DNA of 63,625 nucleotides, filler included, from Nemertoderma westbladi (Eukaryota; Animalia; Xenacoelomorpha): NCBI GenBank assembly GCA_032718475.1. It is 3 parts of 3 records of this genome, joined end to end, with 100 filler letters (N's around TTAATTAATTAA, not from the genome) between each part and the next. Parts side by side here need not be neighbours in the genome. Positions count along the whole stretch, not along the records: positions 13,691 to 42,150 come from JAUCBJ010005114.1; 2 more parts are not named here. One strand, 5' to 3'. Of the stretch, positions 25,100 through 36,984 are shown piece after piece (within the stretch, counting starts at the first letter, position 1; the number at the start of each line of letters is the position of its first letter). The notes below the pieces were generated by a model. The model worked only from the letters and a program-made list of their open reading frames with translations. It was not told the origin of the DNA and did no database searches. Position numbers and translations under genes: made by a program.

Positions 25100-26590
25100 G
25101 GTATGACCTCGTCTTTACTTCTCCCAGCATAGTAGACATGTACCGAACAACAAGAGTCCCACAAGAATTGAAAACAAATAAGTTGGTGCCAGTTCCCAAG
25201 AAGGGCAACCTAACACTCTATGGTTCTTTTCGGGGAATCTCATTGATCTCGATTGCTGCAAAGCTATACAATAGAATTCTATTAAATCGCATCAGGGATC
25301 CCATTGAGAGACTGCTCCGTGGAAATCAGAATGGGTTCCGTAAAGGTCGTGGGACCATGGAGCCAATTTTGGCACTTAGAAGGATAATTGAAGAGTTATC
25401 AAAAAAGAAAGACAGGCATCTGGCTGTTATCTTTGTTGATTTCTTCAAGGCATTTGATTCAGTCTCTCGCTCACGTATGTATGCATACTTTCATTATATG
25501 GGATTCCTGATGAAATTATTGCAGCAATCAGATCAGTATACGATGGTTCGACAACATTTGTGTCTACTGTTGACGGTGACACAGAACCATTTGAAGTGTT
25601 ATGGGGCGTCCTCCAGGGAGACACACTTGCACCATTCTTGTTCCTAATTGTGGATGACTATGTTCTACGCATGTCCTTAGATCATCATAATGATGATGGG
25701 GTGATGATAACTCCACCTACTGGCTCCAGAAGTCGAGGAAATCCTGCCAAGTACCTAACTGATCTAGACTTTGCTGATGACTTAGGAGTACTCTCAGAAT
25801 CACTAGAGGGAGCCCAACGGCTCCTCAGCTCATTAGAACATGCTGCTTCTAGTGTTGGTCTTTTTATTAACTCCAAAAAGACCAAAATTTTGACAGTTAA
25901 CTTTGAAAGTCCTCAGCAAGTCTCTGATCGGATGAGCATAAGCTCAAAAGATGGTATGTTTGAGCATGTGGATGACTTCTGTTACCTGGGATCATGGATC
26001 CGGAAGTCAGGTGAGGACCTTCGAATACGTAAGGGAAAGGAATGGGCAGCCTTGAATAGGCTTTCCAGGATTTGGAAGTCAACGAGAATTAATCGGAAAC
26101 TTAAGGTCCGATTATTTAGAGCAGCAGTAGTTCCAGTACTCCTCTATGGGAGTCCATGCTGGGCTCTAACTGCTGAGGACACCAAATCTCTGGATGGCAC
26201 ATTCACAAGAATGCTACGCCGGGTTCATTGTGTCAAGTACAATGCACACATCTCCAACCAGACACTATATAACATTGGAGGTGTCTCATTGGTTCCCCCA
26301 AGCTTGACACTAGAACAAAATCGCATCCGCTTTGCAGAACATTGCTTTCGCCGTGAGGACCAGCCAGTGCATAATCTTGTACTTTGGCAGCCTCATGGAG
26401 TGAATAAGCATGGTGGACAGCCCATGATTTCTTGAGACGCATCTTAAAGGACACTGGCCTTGAAGATGCGGATGATCTAGCAAATGTCATGGGTGATAGG
26501 GAGTTGTGGCGGCACAATTTTATCGACAACCCGGCACAGCATTCTTAAAAATGCAGCTACAATACAGCATGCCGATCCTAGTAGTAGTTT
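25100..26590 (+). mobile_element. RTE-clade-like LINE family B, frameshifted RT region plus 3' end
   Basis: VPVPKKG...FRGISL...QNGFRKGR...FVDFFKAFDSV, then a frameshift, then GVLQGDTLAP...DFADDL...YLGS. Ends in a tagtagtag tail. Confidence 0.92.
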
Positions 26591-26591
26591 A

Positions 26592-27020
26592 CTTCTGCAG
26601 CAGTTCCCACTGAATCTTAATCTGCGTTCACGGAGGGTTGTTGATACAGGTGGTATTGAACTATAAAGCTCGGTGTTTGTCATGTGTTGTATCCAGCTGA
26701 TGTTTAGGGCTGCCCTTAGTAGTCTTGTGTAGCAACCATCAATTCGTTGTTCAAGTGATTTAGTCAGTGTCCAGGTCTCCGTGGCTCGAAAAAACTTAGT
26801 CTTCAGGTGACTGGAGAGGTCTGATTTCCAGATGGTATCCATTTTTAATAGAGCTACCCAAGATGTCGTAGACTCGTCAACGTATTTTAGTTGAGTAGTA
26901 TCGATGGCAGTCAGGCTTCCATTGACAATACAAACAATGTATTCGGTCTGGTTTGGGTAGTATTTATATGCTATCCAACCCCATAGCAGACCCTTTGTTC
27001 AGTAAAAGTTGTGCATCTGC
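26592..27020 (-). mobile_element. RTE-like LINE family A fragment, tail-to-tail with family B
   Basis: MDTIWKSDLSSHLKTKFFRAT...LEQRIDGCYTRLLRAALNISW matches 7115-7903. Confidence 0.88.
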
Positions 27021-27545
27021 TACTACCACTACTATCGGCATGCTACATTGCAGCTGCATTATATTATATATTTCTGTCGACAAAATTGCGCCGCCTCATC
27101 TCCCTATCACCCATGACATTTGCTATATCATCCACATATTCAATGACGGTGTCCTTTAATACTCGGCCTGGCCTATACTGTTTGCAAATAGATAAGTGTT
27201 TGATATAGCCCTATGCAAATAGATAAGTGTTGTTTAATGTTTGTCTGGTTATTACATTTTTCATAAAACCAACCATATAGGGAGTGTAAATAATGCAATG
27301 TACTGCATCTATTAGCATCTATCATAATATTATTTACTTTGTATTATAATTATTTGTGATACTTTGTCCACCATTCTTACCCATTCTATGACGCCGCCAA
27401 AGCACATGATTACGCATTGGCTGGTCCTCACGGCGAAACCAAGAAAGAAATGTTCTGCAAGGCTGTTGCGGCTCCGTTCAAGTGTCAAGCTAGGGGAGAC
27501 TAATGAAACACCTCCAAGGTTTTATAGAGTCTGATTGGAGATGTT
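27021..27545 (-). mobile_element. Fragmented 3' end of LINE family B
   Basis: 27021-27160 and 27390-27545 are reverse-complement matches to about 26250-26590. Confidence 0.7.
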
Positions 27546-27799
27546 TATTCTACATTGTACATTTATTGTCTATCCTGAGGTTGTAGGATCGTTCGATTCT
27601 CTCTTGGCCAGTAATCGTATGTTTACATCGTAGCTTAATGAGTACCACTTTCCTCTGCGGGAGTATAGTTCTCGGCGGACTGCTCTGGAAAAACATCGTT
27701 AGACTTTGTGCGTAAACTCTGTTCTAACGGCAGAAGAAAATAAATATATTTTTTTAAAAGAATAGAAAAAAAGTTTTTTACTTTTTTTCTAGGATTTGT

Positions 27800-27990
27800 A
27801 GTATTTTATCCCTATGGATGGAGTCGAATGCTTCCTTGAAATCCACAAATGTCAGGACTGCGGTGAGATTCTTCGAGTTAAGTCCCTCAATCAGTCCTCG
27901 AAGCAGAAGCATCTGAGCTATTGTTGATCTATTTGGTCGAAATCCGTTTGGCTCTTACGCAGCAGTTTCTCTATGAGATCTAATATTCTA
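27800..27990 (-). mobile_element. Degenerate LINE RT fragment
   Basis: Minus strand reads RSTIAQMLLLRGLIEGLNSKNLTAVLTFVDFKEAFDSIHRDKI. Confidence 0.75.
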
Positions 27991-30536
27991 TGGCATTAAT
28001 TTATTATTATGTGAACATAAAATTGTGATACAATATGACCAGGGTCCTTCATCGTATTTGGATACTTCGCGGGAGTGAGAACCACGAATAGGAGTCAGCA
28101 ATACATTGATGCATTAGGCTGGACCTATTATCCATGGTTAAAGGATTAAGAAAATTAATTTAATGTGGAAGGTGTGTAAAACCAAAATTTAATTAAAAAA
28201 TGCAATTAGGCCTACTTCAAAGAGTAATATGATTTCACTTAATCTTGGTGTTTTTTGAGCGCTGATTTTGATTACATGTTTTCGCCTGTTTTTGGACTGT
28301 TTTCTCCTGTGACTTCCAGGAAATTTAATCATCGTTACACATGTAAAATTTTTGTGTAAATAGGGGTTATTGGAAAATTATTGAAAACTAAATTTTTTTG
28401 TCATTTTTTATGTCGATTTTTTTTACACAATCGTTAGTAGCTACGATTGTATGTCAGCTACAGCGCTGGGGCTAACGCCAAAAGATAGATAATTTAAAGC
28501 TCCACAAGTCTGTAAAAATAAAACTTACTAATGTGGAAAAGTAGAATTTAAGATAAACTACATTAGAGTGGGGACTTTCAGTTTTCTTTAATAATACTCT
28601 GTAAAACTACATTGTATAACAAAGCAAAATAATTGGTGTACAGTACCTTGCTTGTTTCTTGTTAATTGTTGCTTGTTAATAATTTTTGTCGTACTACTGT
28701 ATAACATTAACTAACTACACATTTATTGCGCCACTTGCATCTAAAGTGTTTGTTCGGCTTACAAAAATGTTAGGCTACCGTTTTCTTCTAGAGTAATCAG
28801 CTTTTATTTGCGTCGATTTCCAATGGAGAGGGATGAATTTTGATTGAGTCGGAAATCCTCGCCTATCTGCTAACGTTACTCTGGGGATTACCTATGGCTT
28901 ATAAAACGAAGAAACATTACAATGTTTGTATACGTTAGATTATGAGCATTAAGGTTACGGAGTTATAAAATAATAGATGCGGACACAATTCCAATCTCAC
29001 TCCCATGTATCGGCCAAGAAGGGATTTAGCCTTACAGTGCCGTATAATCCTTACTACTCTCCTATAACTTGTTTTAACTTAATCTTACTGTAGCAGTGGT
29101 GCGAGCCACAGAAGTAAGCGAGCTTAGCATAAGGGTATCACTAACTCAATCGGTGTGTCTGTTGTTCTGTTGTGTCCAATTTTAAACGTTAATAACTCGG
29201 CCAATCCTCTATGAAATCTAACCAACCTTGGTACACATGTTGTTTGGCAAAAATTTAGAAATTTTCTACGTTGAATATGCGTGTGGCCTTCGAGAAGGTA
29301 AGATGAAAGTAGTTGATTAGTTAATTAAGTTGATTAGGCTAAAAACAGCATTTTCAACCTGCCCTTTATTGGAAATGAATTATTATCTTCTAGTATAATA
29401 TTTAAAAATAATTATTATACATAAAAATTATACAGATGTAATCCCCATACCCCATTCTATTATAGTTTTTAATTAGTTCAAGTGATTTGCTTTAATGTGT
29501 TTTTAATTTAACTGTAATTAAGTTATTGAAATACACCGTCACTTTATACTTCCAGCTCCCTCATCCCATGGCGTGCAAGCTATTGCGTAGTTGGGAACCA
29601 GTCCAACCTGTCCCACCTCACCACTACTGCTCAAAGGCAGCAATGTATTACACTAATAAGACAGCTTGCTTATTGTTTAACTCGTCGCAAAATGATTGCC
29701 GAATATTTAATCGTGATTCTTTATAGAATAATTAGCTAAATAATTTCGTTGAGGTGTTGACGTAGTAAATAAATATTTCAGTATCAATACTATCGGCATA
29801 AGGTTAGTTTTAATATTTATTACAAATTGGTCTCCTCCAAATATATTTAATATACTACTCTGTGCTCCTTTGGGTTGGGATGGTGCAGATTAAGAGGAAG
29901 TTTGAAGGGGAGGAACTTTCCCCTCTTCTATGATTTATTGTTGGTTTGGTTAAATTTCTTAAATACCAATTTTGTGATAGAATTGCTCAATTGTAATTTG
30001 TATCTCATAACTAACTGAGCATCGTGCTGCGCGAAAGCCCCATGAACGTGCACCATAATCTTACATAAACTTACGGTCATGAATAATAAGGGCGCGGTTT
30101 TGTCGCCACTATTCACCGGTTATTTTGTACAGTTCGTTTACCAATTACAGATATTAAGGAAGTACAACGCCGTATCTCGGGTGTATGCCAAAGGAAATTG
30201 ATTTGAGCTGCGTTACAATTGTTTTCCAAAAGACTGAAATTATTGATTTAATTTAAAACGTTAAGAGAAAGGAGCAGGTTACAGTTGCTGTGTTTTCTGA
30301 CCAAAACAATTAATAAAACGTTTTTTTTTCATATGCGACCAATTTTCCCTCTATATCACTTTTTCACTTGCAGTCAATGTGAGTCAGTTTCAATCACATC
30401 TGTACGCCTATCTACTGTACTTTGGCGGATTTCTAACGTATAAACCCTTGGAGGCAGACAGCAATGGAAAATACAATGAAGCACCCAGAATGGAGTGCTG
30501 TAGTCTTTCTGATTGTTCGTTTTTTTACTCCATCAA

Positions 30537-33500
30537 TGTCCATATTATCTCTCCCTTCCCCTAAACCCTTCCCTAAGTGTCCAAATTATCTTTCCCTACC
30601 CCTAAACCACTCCCTCGGTGTCCATATTATCTTTCCCTACCCCTAAACCCTTCCCTCAATGTCCAAATTATCCCTTCCCGAAATGTCAAAATTATCTTTC
30701 CCTACCCCTAAACCCCTCCCTAGGTGTCCATATTATCTTTCCCTACCCCTAAACCCCTCCCTCGGTTTCCATATTATCTTTCCCTACCCCTAAACCCTTG
30801 CCTCAATGTCCAAATTATCTTTCCCTACCCCTAAACCCCTCCCTCGGTGTCCATATTATCTTTCCCTACCCATTAACCCTTCCCTCAATGTCCAAATTAT
30901 ATTTCCATACCCCGAAACCCCATACTCAGTGTCCATATTATCTTTCCCTACCCCTAAACCCTTCCCGCAATTTCAAAATTATCTTTCCCTCCCCCTAAAC
31001 CCCTCCCTCGGTGTCCATATTATCTTTCCCTACCCCTAAACCCTTCCCTCAATGTCCAAATTATCTTTCCCTCCCCCTAAACCCCTCCCTCGGTGTCCAT
31101 ATTATCTTTCCCTACCCCTAAACCCTTGCCTCAATGTCCAAATTATCTTTCCCTACCCCTAAACCCCTCCCTCGGTGTCCATATTATCTTTCCCTACCCA
31201 TTAACCCTTCCCTCAATGTCCAAATTATATTTCCATACCCCGAAACCCCATACTCAGTGTCCATATTATCTTTCCCTACCCCTAAACCCTTCCCGAAATG
31301 TCAAAATTATCTTTCCCTACCCCTAAACCCCTCCCTAGGTGTCCATATTATCTTTCCCTACCCCTAAACCCCTCCCTCGGTGTCCATATTATCTTTCCCT
31401 ACCCCTAAACCCCTCCCTCGGTGTCCATATTATCTTTCCCTACCCATTAACCCTTCCCTCAATGTCCAAATTATATTTCCATACCCCGAAACCCCATACT
31501 CAGTGTCCATATTATCTTTCCCTACCCCTAAACCCTTCCCGCTATTTCAAAATTATCTTTCCCTCCCCCTAAACCCCTCCCTCGGTGTCCATATTATCTT
31601 TCCCTACCCCTAAACCCTTGCCTCAATGTCCAAATTATCTTTCCCTACCCCTAAACCCCTCCCTCGGTGTCCATATTATCTTTCCCTACCCCTAAACCCT
31701 TGCCTCAATGTCCAAATTATCTTTCCCTACCCCTAAACCCCTCCCTCGGTGTCCATATTATCTTTCCCTACCCATTAACCCTTCCCTCAATGTCCAAATT
31801 ATATTTCCATACCCCGAAACCCCATACTCAGTGTCCATATTATCTTTCCCTACCCCTAAACCCTTCCCGCAATTTCAAAATTATCTTTCCCTCCCCCTAA
31901 ACCCCTCCCTCGGTGTCCATATTATCTTTCCCTACCCCTAAACCCTTCCCTCAATGTCCAAATTATCTTTCCCTCCCCCTAAACCCCTCCCTCGGTGTCC
32001 ATATTATATTTCCCTACCCCTAAACCCTTCCCTCAATGTCCAAATTATCTTTCCCTCCCCCTAAACCCCTCCCTCGGTGTCCATATTATCTTTCCCTACC
32101 CCTAAACCCTTCCCTCAATGTCCAAATTATCTTTCCCTACCCCTAAACCCCTCCCTCGGTGTCCATATTATCTTTCCCTACCCCTAAACCCTTCCCTCAG
32201 TGTCCATATTATCCTTTCCCTACCCCTAAACCCTTCCCTCAATGTCCAAATTATATTTCCATACCCCGAAACCCCATACTCAGTGTCCATATTATCTTTC
32301 CCTCCCCCTAAACCCCTCCCTCGGTGTCCATATTATCTTTCCCTACCCCTAAACCCTTCCCTCAGTGTCCATATTATCCTTTCCCTACCCCTAAACCCTT
32401 CCCTCAATGTCCAAATTATATTTCCATACCCCGAAACCCCATACTCAGTGTCCATATTATCTTTCCCTCCCCCTAAACCCCTCCCTCAGTGTCCATATTA
32501 TCTTTCCCTCCCCCTAAACCCCTCCCTCGGTGTCCATATTATCTTTCCCTACCCCTAAACCCTTCCCGCAATTTCAAAATTATCTTTCCCTCCCCCTAAA
32601 CCCCTCCCTCGGTGTCCATATTATCTTTCCCTACCCCTAAACCCTTCCCTCAATGTCCAAATTATCTTTCCCTCCCCCTAAACCCCTCCCTCGGTGTCCA
32701 TATTATCTTTCCCTACCCCTAAACCCTTCCCTCAATGTCCAAATTATCTTTCCCTACCCCTAAACCCCTCCCTCGGTGTCCATATTATCTTTCCCTACCC
32801 CTAAACCCTTCCCGCAATGTCAAAATTATCTTTCCCTCCCCCCTAAACCCCTCCCTCGGTGTCCATATTATCTTTCCCTACCCCTAAACCCCTCCCTCGG
32901 TGTCCATATTATCTTTCCCTACCCCTAAACCCTTCCCGCAATGTCAAAATTATCTTTCCCTCCCCCCTAAACCCCTCCCTCGGTGTCCATATTATCTTTC
33001 CCTACCCCTAAACCCTTCCCTCAATGTCCAAATTATCTTTCCCTACCCCTAAACCCTTCCCTCAGTGTCCATATTATCCTTTCCCTCCCCCTAAACCCCT
33101 CCCTTGGTGTCCATATTATCTTTCCCTACCCCTAAACCCTTCCCTCAATGTCCAAATTATCTTTCCCTACCCCTAAACCCCTCCCTCGGTGTCCATATTA
33201 TCTTTCCCTACCCCTAAACCCTTCCCTCAATGTCCAAATTATATTTCCATACCCCGAAACCCCATACTCAGTGTCCATATTATCTTTCCCTCCCCCTAAA
33301 CCCCTCCCTCGGTGTCCATATTATCTTTCCCTACCCCTAAACCCTTCCCTCAATGTCCAAATTATCTTTCCCTACCCCTAAACCCCTCCCTCGGTGTCCA
33401 TATTATCCTTTCCCTACCCCTAAACCCTTCCCTCAATGTCCAAATTATATTTCCATACCCCGAGAAACCCTATACTCTACTCAGTGTCCATATTATCTTT

Positions 33501-33640
33501 CCCTACCCCTAAACCCTTCCCTCAATGTCCAAATTATCTTTCCCTACCCATAAACCCCTCCCTCAATGTCCATATTATCTTTCCCTTCCCCTAAACCCTT
33601 CCCTAAGTGTCCATATTATTTTTCCCTACCCCCAAACCCC
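30537..33640 (+). repeat. 41-bp C-rich satellite, about 75 copies, with higher-order variant blocks
   Basis: Unit gtccatattatctttccctacccctaaacccctccctcggt plus variants. Variant blocks recur at 246 and 328 bp. Confidence 0.97.
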
Positions 33641-34774
33641 TATTGAGACGAGATATTAATTCGACGCGATGGCATTTGCGTAAAGTTTTTGTGTCCGTGT
33701 CTTGTTGAAACACGATATCCTACGAACAAGACACATTCCACATATTTAGCGGAGGCGGTTAATTAAATAATTGTTAGTTCTAAATACTTAAATCGTTGAA
33801 ATTCCTGTAAACTAAAAAAATACCGCAAGTTTGTAATCAATGCATCCCTATAAAATAAAATAATGTATGCCATGTCTTAATTCCAGTCAGAATTCCTTAA
33901 TAAGAACCATTCAATAATTCAACCTGACGTCACGTACCCCTTCACCGAAAGAATACTGTTGTGTACAACACGGGTAGATATATATAGAGTAGGCCGCCTG
34001 CAAGTAATCTAATATAGCGAGGTATAGATACACCCGAGGCGAGTAATCCTCTCCGTGGTGGGTAAGATCATTACTCCACACTGGTTCCATCATTCCAATA
34101 ACCCACGAGATTGAATCCCCGCGCAGCAAATGATGCGCAATGGGGATCCGAGCAGGCAGCGGCAGCAACGCAATTACTCGAGGCATGGTTGGTTGGTTGC
34201 GGTCCCCGTCTACTGCGCTAGTAGAGGTAATGTGACGTTGATATGCCGCCGTTATGGAAAACAGTCAAATGTCAGAAATGGCTAATTGAAAAATCGACGT
34301 ACTTTTACAGCTAGTGTTTGTGTTGTTGTACATCAAACATGCGTAAATTTCCAGATGGGGAAAATATATTTTCGCCAATATGATAATTTAGGAAGTTATT
34401 TTTAGTGTCCGCTTTTTCTTCTCATTGTGTCCCCTTTTTTTACTCCTTTAGTCCTTTGTCCCCCTTTTTTTTACCCCTTTGACCCCCTTTTTTTTTACCC
34501 CTTTGTCCCGTTTTTTACTCGCTCGAAATTACTTTTCTGTCCCATTTTTATTGCTCTATTTGACCCATTTCTTCGCCATACTGACTGTACTGATGCAACA
34601 TCCAGGAAGTGATTAACACAGAAAATGACTTTTAGTCGTACTCAAACTATATAAAAAAATCACGTCTGCAACACAGAGGTCGACAGCCATATCACTATAG
34701 CAAAACACTCATTTTATAACCCAAAACAATTACCAATTAAGAAAAAGAAACAGGTTAAAGAGGCGAGAGGGGGC

Positions 34775-35537
34775 TGTTCTAACCAAAACAATAAACGATC
34801 ACGATTGAGGGAAAGGAGTAGGTTACAGGGCCAGGTTTTCAGGTTTTTCAATAAACGATCACTTTAAAAATTTGAGGGAAAGGAGCAGGTTACAGAGGTT
34901 GGCTTTCCTAACCAAAACAATAAACGACCACTTTACCAATTGAGGGAAAAGAGTAGGTTACAGTGCCAGGCTTTTCTAACCAAAACAATAAACGATCACT
35001 TTAAAAATTTGAGGGAAAGGAGCAGGTTACAGAGGTTGGCTTTCCTAACCAAACCAATAAACGACCACTTTACCAATTGAGGGAAAAGAGTAGGTTACAG
35101 TGACAGGCTTTTCTAATCAAAACAATAAACGACCACTTTAAACATTTGAGGGAAAGGAGCAGGTTACAGAGGTTGGCTTTCCTAACCAAAACAATAAAAG
35201 ACCACTTTACCAATTGAGGCAAAAGAGTAGGTTACAGTGCCAGGTTTTTCTAACCAAAACAATAAACGATCACTTTAAAAATTTGAGGGAAAGGAGCAGG
35301 TTACAGAGGTTGGCTTTCCTAACCAAAACAATAAACGACCACTTTACCAATTGAGGGAAAAGAGTAGGTTACAGTGCCAGGTTTTTCTAACCAAAACAAT
35401 AAACGATCACTTTAAAATTTGAGGGAAAGGAGCAGGTTACAGAGGTTGGCTTTCCTAACCAAAACAATAAACGACCACTTTACCAATTGAGGGAAAAGAG
35501 TAGGTTACAGTGACAGGCTTTTCTAACCAAAACAATA
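34775..35537 (+). repeat. Tandem array of about 68/69-bp units alternating as a 137-bp dimer
   Basis: ttgagggaaa(g/a)gag(c/t)aggttacag...ctaaccaaaacaataaacga(t/c)cacttta with strict A/B alternation. Confidence 0.93.
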
Positions 35538-36984
35538 CTGGTTGATTGCTAAGTAACGTACCGGTCGTTCATAATACATACGTGATGGGACGTAATGACT
35601 TGAGTGAAAAAGGGGACATAAAACCCATCTCCCTCCTTCTTGGGTGAGCCAGAATAGTATAGACAGCTGCAAATGACTTGTAGCACTGTAGCTCTTGTGT
35701 GCAGGCCTAGTAAATGATTAATATTAATTTGGAATGTTAGTAAAATCAATCATGAAAATATAAAAGCAATTACAAGTTTCTGGTTGAGAAATGTCTAGAT
35801 CTGGAAACTGTTCTATTAACTTTCGTTTATTGTTTTTGTTAGAATTACGTCTCACAGTAATCTGCTCTTTTCCCTTAATTGATAATTTCACAAAGTTACT
35901 TCAATAATCGCTACTGAATGAACAACTGGAATCCTGTTCTCCTCCTGTGCAATAATAATATTCTACATAAAAAATCGCTCTTATTAAAACACTAACTAGG
36001 AAGACAGGCGCTGGAGCGAAAGGAGTTGTCAATAACGACAAATTAACGCCAAGGAATAGAATTGCAACCCAAATTGGTGTTGAAGAGCGATTAATTGAGC
36101 AAAATTTGTATCAAATAACTCATTAAAAAATAGAAACACTGTTTCTCTAGCGTGGAATTAACGGTGAGGAGTAATATATCGCTTTATATCGTAACTGGAT
36201 AGTGACTATTTTATATTACAGTACCGTTGATTAATTTATTACAATTGTAGCACAATATATTACAACTATAAGGCCAGATATTCTACGTAAATTCTTCGTT
36301 GTTTGAATAAAATTAGTTACGAAACTCAATTAAATCAATTTAGTTTGCATGGCTTTATGACTTTTTTATATTACAGTGCTTTATACCGTAAAGTGTTACA
36401 GTTTGGTTAAAGTGTTATAGCATACAACGAAAGTATGCTATACCTTCGTATATAGCATACATTCGTAGTATTACTAAGTTTAAATATTATTTTATTGTAT
36501 TGGTTGGAGCCACAGTTTTTGACAATAAAACAAAGGGAAGCTATCAATTAGCTACGAATGTGGCACATTTTAATATGGCACACAATGATTTGTTTTTATT
36601 AATATTAAGTATTCCGCATACAAAAACGACACCGGCACATTAACATTTTACTTTGTCTTTTACGCCGAATATTCTAAACTAATTAAATAAAGAATGTAAA
36701 CGATTGAGATAACGCGAAGAAGACATCTAGAGACATGAAATAAATTACGCACCAATACAAAATTACAAATAATGCAACGAAACAACATGATAGTCAGCTG
36801 AATGAATGTCACCAATATTTTTTTATTTTAAAATACAATCCTGAATGTGGAAATATAAATAGATTTTATAACAACGAATAAAAATATTTCGCTGTTAAAA
36901 AACTCTTCCACTTTCAAGATTTTATTAATAAAACTAAAAAAATGATTGGCAGATTTAAATAATGAAAATTTAAACGTCGCTAAA

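Noticed and set aside
30379-33553. Many 60-146 aa Pro-rich ORFs
   Set aside because: They are translations of the 41-bp satellite.
36416-36470. loxP-like string ataccttcgtata-ta-gcatacat next to a tatagcatac/gtatgctata hairpin
   Set aside because: It has two extra bases before the spacer and no intact right arm. It is explained by local inverted duplication of tatagcatac in AT-rich DNA downstream of PDE2.
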